Shown here one piece after another: positions 63,501-64,000 of a stretch of 64,000 nt of DNA. Made by a program: the position numbers and the translations under genes. The notes under the pieces were generated by a model. That model worked only from the letters and a program-made list of their open reading frames with translations, had not been told where the DNA came from and did not search any database. The stretch's first letter is position 1. Every line of letters starts with the position of its first letter. The DNA is from Chiloscyllium plagiosum (Eukaryota): the NCBI RefSeq assembly GCF_004010195.1, contig NC_057719.1, positions 66,113,049-66,177,048 on the forward strand, written 5' to 3'.

Positions 63501-63949
63501 GTGCACAACAAAAGATTCTGGCAAAATGTTTCTCTTGTCACAATATTTCAAATGATTAATTGTTTGGTTTAAAATACTTCCATTAAGGGTAAGAAATATT
63601 TTTCAAGCATACTTTGCAAAATAAATAAGCATCTTTTTTTTTGCTGAGAGTACCCATGTTTTTGAAAATTGAAGCCATCCTCAGATTTTGAGTAAGTTGA
63701 CTGCCCACACTTCACAGGTTTTCCACAGCAGCACATCACAAACCTTATAGCCATTAAATACAAAGGCATTGCTGTCAGCTCCAAGTTCGACGTCAGGTCT
63801 ACATGCTGGCCTTGCCCAGCCAACACGCATTTCTCCTGCTGTCACTGCCTCAAACTCAAAGTACCACTTTCCAGTCTTGACTGCATAGGTCTCCTCCACT
63901 CGGAAGAAACGGATCTTGTCAATGCTAATTTTTTCCACTGTTTCACCGG
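3461..63949 (-). CDS. RYR3: Ryanodine receptor 3 (partial: 21 internal exons, about 1308 codons, SPRY2/SPRY3 to bridging solenoid); gene continues beyond both window ends
   Basis: 21 exons with AG/GT boundaries and compatible phases. Peptides such as [68 protein letters not shown] and [12 protein letters not shown] match RYR3 better than RYR1/RYR2 (recalled sequences). D2 region is short. Confidence 0.92.
3817..3919 (-). CDS. RYR3: RYR3 exon (103 nt, or 100 nt with the distal NAGNAG acceptor)
   Basis: taacag|TAG TCAA...ATG CAT|gtaagt; [34 protein letters not shown]. Confidence 0.94.
4030..6190 (+). mobile_element. Old, heavily decayed CR1 ORF2 (endonuclease-RT remnant)
   Basis: [12 protein letters not shown]...[21 protein letters not shown]; many disablements. 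Confidence 0.8.
4528..4803 (-). mobile_element. CR1/HER1 3' end inserted antisense into older CR1
   Basis: Reverse complement of the 3' end seen at about 1575-1800. Confidence 0.85.
6817..6961. mobile_element. 145-bp MITE, Tc1/mariner (pogo/Tigger-like)
   Basis: TA|cagaggaacctccattatccgaa ... tttgaataatcgaggttcctctg|TA; 23-bp terminal inverted repeats with 3 mismatches; TA target duplication. Confidence 0.85.
7010..7190 (-). CDS. RYR3: RYR3 exon (181 nt)
   Basis: ctcaag|GT GAA AGT...GAT GG|gtgagt; [31 protein letters not shown]...EARED. Confidence 0.96.
7780..8295 (+). mobile_element. CR1 3' fragment
   Basis: agggttcagaagagatttaccaggatg...aagggtctgtttt; same family as 37.4-37.9 kb. Confidence 0.85.
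8490..8635 (+). mobile_element. Degenerate Penelope-like terminal-repeat remnant
   Basis: gaaacattaactctg...gatgctgccagacttgctgaatttctccagca; homologous to 39918-39976. Confidence 0.6.
10872..11007 (-). CDS. RYR3: RYR3 exon (136 nt)
   Basis: tgacag|GTT GTG ACC...AAT G|gtaggt; [45 protein letters not shown]. Confidence 0.96.
12400..12970 (+). mobile_element. CR1 3' fragment
   Basis: Collinear with 37260-37878; tail ctctatgact. Confidence 0.88.
13515..13618 (-). CDS. RYR3: RYR3 exon (104 nt)
   Basis: acgtag|CG TCA CCC...GAT AAG|gtaatg; [35 protein letters not shown]. Confidence 0.96.
14391..14523 (-). CDS. RYR3: RYR3 exon (133 nt)
   Basis: ttttag|GAG ATT GCT...CTG G|gtacct; [44 protein letters not shown]. 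Confidence 0.96.
15455..15780 (+). mobile_element. V-SINE (HE1-like), head partly lost
   Basis: gttcgattcc B box, V core, CR1-like 3' end cctgtttctgcactgtagggattctatgatt. Confidence 0.8.
16455..17100 (-). mobile_element. Decayed CR1 fragment
   Basis: [21 protein letters not shown]. Confidence 0.8.
17379..17493 (-). CDS. RYR3: RYR3 exon (115 nt)
   Basis: cttcag|G GAT ATC...TCA CAG|gtaatt; [38 protein letters not shown]. Confidence 0.96.
18100..19770 (-). mobile_element. Decayed non-LTR element of a second CR1/L2-group family (RT to 3' end)
   Basis: ORF 19283..19507 [32 protein letters not shown] (RT N-terminal motif); 3' tail also seen near 32170-32240 and 56040-56130. Confidence 0.8.
19866..20139 (-). 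CDS. RYR3: RYR3 exon (274 nt)
   Basis: tttcag|CC AAC TTG...TTA GG|gtatgg; [17 protein letters not shown]...[21 protein letters not shown]. Confidence 0.96.
22620..22757 (-). CDS. RYR3: RYR3 exon (138 nt), acidic loop
   Basis: ttttag|GT ATA CCA...CCC A|gtaagt; [46 protein letters not shown]. Confidence 0.92.
23108..23408 (-). mobile_element. V-SINE (HE1-like), full length
   Basis: Minus strand reads gggtggcacggtggctcagcggttagcgctgc...ggttcgattcc... Confidence 0.9.
24590..24690 (+). mobile_element. Penelope-like terminal-repeat remnant (hammerhead core partly deleted)
   Basis: ttctgaagaagggtcaccgga...gatgctgccagacctactgagcttttccagca. Confidence 0.65.
25781..26567. repeat. Two ~140-bp diverged direct repeats (25781-25920 and 26429-26567) bracketing a RYR3 exon
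   Basis: agagga..cagaata.atttccacatg.caagtttcctgagag...ttctgttggcagtat present in both copies. Confidence 0.85.
26291..26393 (-). CDS. RYR3: RYR3 exon (103 nt)
   Basis: ttacag|ATT AAC ATG...TGC G|gtgagt; [34 protein letters not shown]. Confidence 0.94.
27066..27893 (-). mobile_element. CR1 3' part with internal deletions
   Basis: aacatagaacatagaa tail; tcatctgcaaattt (KFADD on minus strand). Confidence 0.88.
28855..30240 (-). mobile_element. Old CR1 fragments (with a short plus-strand piece near 29280-29380)
   Basis: [15 protein letters not shown]; plus-strand [21 protein letters not shown]. Confidence 0.7.
30935..31198 (+). mobile_element. 5'-truncated V-SINE (HE1-like)
   Basis: tttgcacattttccctgtatctgcatgg...ctccggtttcctcccacaatccaaaga...gtggacttgttgggcc. 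Confidence 0.85.
31324..32163 (+). mobile_element. Possible solo LTR (~840 bp)
   Basis: Starts TG(ATAAC), ends (TGTAG)CA, AATAAA near 32014, interrupts an otherwise contiguous LINE 3' tail; no clear TSD. Confidence 0.45.
32700..33062 (-). mobile_element. SINE-like remnant sharing the L2-group tail
   Basis: ttattctttcttgggatgtgggc...gccagcatt; ends ctggattact...accactatgc. Confidence 0.55.
33084..33284 (-). CDS. RYR3: RYR3 exon (201 nt)
   Basis: ttttcag|ATG TGT GAA...GAA CAG|gtgaca; [21 protein letters not shown]...[12 protein letters not shown]. Confidence 0.96.
34373..38095 (-). mobile_element. CR1 (minus) split by an antisense CR1 insertion
   Basis: [18 protein letters not shown]; breaks at about 35457 and resumes at about 37879 (ccaatccc). 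Confidence 0.85.
35458..37878 (+). mobile_element. 2.4-kb CR1/HER1-type LINE ORF2 remnant
   Basis: [21 protein letters not shown]...QHGF...[18 protein letters not shown]...KFAGDTK; stops and frameshifts; tail ctctatgactctatgact. Confidence 0.93.
38702..39509 (-). CDS. RYR3: RYR3 large exon (808 nt), junctional solenoid
   Basis: ttacag|G TGT ATA GAT...CTT CAG|gtacaa; inside ORF 38630..39526; CIDILEL...[11 protein letters not shown]...[13 protein letters not shown]...LPESVKLQ. Confidence 0.97.
39752..39980. mobile_element. Penelope-like inverted pair with hammerhead-like core
   Basis: aggtctggcagcatc...gagttaaca then agtt-CTGAAGA-agggt[insert]tactggactt-GAAA-cgtt-aact...tgctgtcagacct. Confidence 0.7.
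40430..41190 (+). mobile_element. SINE (same family as 48322-48650) containing a Penelope-like remnant (~40470-40607) and an HE1-like V-SINE (40806-41085)
   Basis: gaattcaa..aaatctggaattaaga shared with 48420-48447; host resumes after each insert. Confidence 0.75.
41978..42204 (-). CDS. RYR3: RYR3 exon (227 nt)
   Basis: gtgcag|AAC GCC ATG...AAT AG|gttagt; [25 protein letters not shown]...[11 protein letters not shown]. Confidence 0.96.
42805..43010 (-). mobile_element. tRNA-headed SINE of a further family (similar head at ~9375-9440, plus strand)
   Basis: Minus strand ggtttagctcagttggctgga...gccaacagagtggcttcagttccc. Confidence 0.55.
43632..43718 (-). CDS. RYR3: RYR3 exon (87 nt)
   Basis: ttttcag|ATT GAA CCA...TCA AAG|gtattt; [29 protein letters not shown]. 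Confidence 0.95.
44498..44531 (+). ncRNA. Minimal type I hammerhead ribozyme-like motif
   Basis: CUGAUGA, extra A, 4-bp stem II GGGC/GCCC, GAAA, palindromic ACGU in place of stem III, GUC site; stem I only 2 bp (UC/GA). Confidence 0.65.
44498..44587 (+). mobile_element. 90-bp Penelope-like insertion with hammerhead core and 16-bp TSD
   Basis: TSD agtgttccaaaatgtg at 44482-44497 and 44588-44603; ttc-CTGATGA-a-gggc-tttt-gccc-GAAA-cg-tc-ga. Confidence 0.8.
44975..47265 (+). mobile_element. 2.3-kb CR1 LINE ORF2 remnant, relatively young
   Basis: [17 protein letters not shown]...[12 protein letters not shown]...SCLTNLLE...[19 protein letters not shown]; tail ctattgactattgtcta. Confidence 0.93.
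46382..46511 (+). mobile_element. Penelope-like insertion with hammerhead core inside CR1
   Basis: TSD tactatctaa at 46372-46381 and 46512-46521; CTGATGA-a-gggcttttgccc-GAAAcgtc at 46426-46453. Confidence 0.8.
47285..47820 (+). mobile_element. Old CR1 3' fragment
   Basis: agggcctaggtgagaccatacctggag...ttcactcagagggt...ccactcctgct. Confidence 0.75.
47950..48115 (-). CDS. RYR3: RYR3 exon (166 nt)
   Basis: ttgtag|T GTC AAG CGA...TAC CAG|gtaaaa; [13 protein letters not shown]...[28 protein letters not shown]. Confidence 0.95.
48280..49150 (+). mobile_element. CR1 3' fragment containing a SINE (48322-48650) and an antisense CR1 tail (48975-49098)
   Basis: gaggggtgatttgaatcaagtgcaca | insert | tacaattctgaataatcttgac; agagtcatagaga tail reversed. 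Confidence 0.7.
49706..49866 (-). CDS. RYR3: RYR3 exon (161 nt), SPRY3
   Basis: atgcag|TAC TGT TAT...GAA AG|gtaggc; [26 protein letters not shown]...[14 protein letters not shown]. Confidence 0.95.
50725..50882. mobile_element. Penelope-like hairpin element
   Basis: agcaggtcaggcagcatc..aggagcaggagaat / attctcctgctcct..gatgctgcctgacctgct. Confidence 0.75.
50958..51370. mobile_element. Penelope-like palindromic element, ~180-bp arms, hammerhead core in each arm
   Basis: Arms about 50992-51171 and 51189-51370; flanking direct repeats actcaagaagattaatg (50941-50957) and actcaagataattaatg (51367-51383). Confidence 0.8.
52353..52422 (-). CDS. RYR3: Predicted 70-nt RYR3 exon in D2 region
   Basis: ttgctttgcttgtag|G GGT GCA AAG CTG AGT CGT GAT...TCA ACA ATG|gtaatg; phase 2 to 0 exactly bridges the neighbouring exons; [23 protein letters not shown]. 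Confidence 0.8.
53775..54057 (-). mobile_element. V-SINE (HE1-like), extreme 5' end missing
   Basis: Near-identical to 23108-23370. Confidence 0.88.
54576..54700 (+). mobile_element. Penelope-like terminal-repeat remnant
   Basis: ttctgaagaagggtcaccaga...gatgctgccagatct...ccagcatctgcag. Confidence 0.65.
55629..55834 (-). CDS. RYR3: RYR3 exon (206 nt), runs into divergent region D2
   Basis: ttgcag|GTA ACA AGG...CAA AG|gtgagc; [25 protein letters not shown]...RLSMPVEF...KPKQR. Confidence 0.92.
57270..57975 (-). mobile_element. CR1 3' fragment
   Basis: [23 protein letters not shown]...[17 protein letters not shown]. Confidence 0.88.
58096..58304 (-). CDS. RYR3: RYR3 exon (209 nt)
   Basis: ctctag|GT TTC ATC...ATT GAG|gtaagt; [19 protein letters not shown]...[29 protein letters not shown]. 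Confidence 0.95.
59099..59324. mobile_element. Penelope-like palindromic element, ~96-bp arms, exact 15-bp TSD
   Basis: TSD tgcaaaataaaacag at 59084-59098 and 59325-59339; arms 59096-59191 and 59198-59293, spacer aagggc. Confidence 0.85.
59760..60060 (+). mobile_element. Penelope-like terminal repeat, third subfamily, with hammerhead core
   Basis: agct-CTGATGA-a-gagtc-atcta-gcctc-GAAA-tg-tt-agct at 59959-59997, then ggatgctgcctgacc...ctccagcat. Confidence 0.7.
60365..60665 (+). mobile_element. Old CR1 3' fragment
   Basis: gagtccagaactagg...gatcaggcat...gaatggcctgtttctgctcct. Confidence 0.7.
61163..61337 (-). CDS. RYR3: RYR3 exon (175 nt)
   Basis: ttttcag|GCT CAG TGT TGG...GAT G|gtaggt; [27 protein letters not shown]...FHIED. 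Confidence 0.95.
62370..62540. mobile_element. Penelope-like inverted remnant (third subfamily)
   Basis: gagcaagctaacatttcgag (reverse complement of 59983-60002) followed by ggatgctgcctgacc...ctccagcat. Confidence 0.65.
63744..63949 (-). CDS. RYR3: RYR3 exon (206 nt), SPRY2
   Basis: ttttaag|CC GGT GAA...TAT AAG|gtttgt; [33 protein letters not shown]...FNGYK. Confidence 0.95.
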
Positions 63950-64000
63950 CTTAAAATACAAAAATGGCAAATTATCACATTTAAGAGGTGACAAAATGCA

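Noticed and set aside
3461..63949. Assignment to RYR1 or RYR2
   Set aside because: Recalled diagnostic peptides ([29 protein letters not shown]) and the short D2 favour RYR3; a phylogeny is still needed for proof.

Overview
This is AT-rich vertebrate genomic DNA. The repeat content (CR1/HER1-type LINEs, HE1-type V-SINEs) points to a shark or other elasmobranch, which is an inference. The whole window lies inside one large minus-strand gene, a ryanodine receptor best matching RYR3. I traced 21 GT-AG exons (63949 down to 3461, 3924 nt, about 1308 codons) that splice with compatible phases and cover the SPRY2/SPRY3, junctional-solenoid and start of the bridging-solenoid regions. Both ends of the gene lie outside the window. 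One exon (70 nt, 52353-52422, divergent region D2) is absent from the ORF track and is needed to keep the frame. The introns are full of decayed, often nested CR1-type LINEs and SINEs, plus a TA-flanked MITE and a possible solo LTR. The most unusual signal is about a dozen short Penelope-like terminal-repeat elements from at least three subfamilies. Several carry a minimal type I hammerhead-ribozyme core (CUGANGA-stem-GAAA-CG-UH) with compensatory stem changes between subfamilies, 15-17 bp target-site duplications, and long palindromes. All homology calls come from recall, not database searches. Repeat boundaries are approximate.
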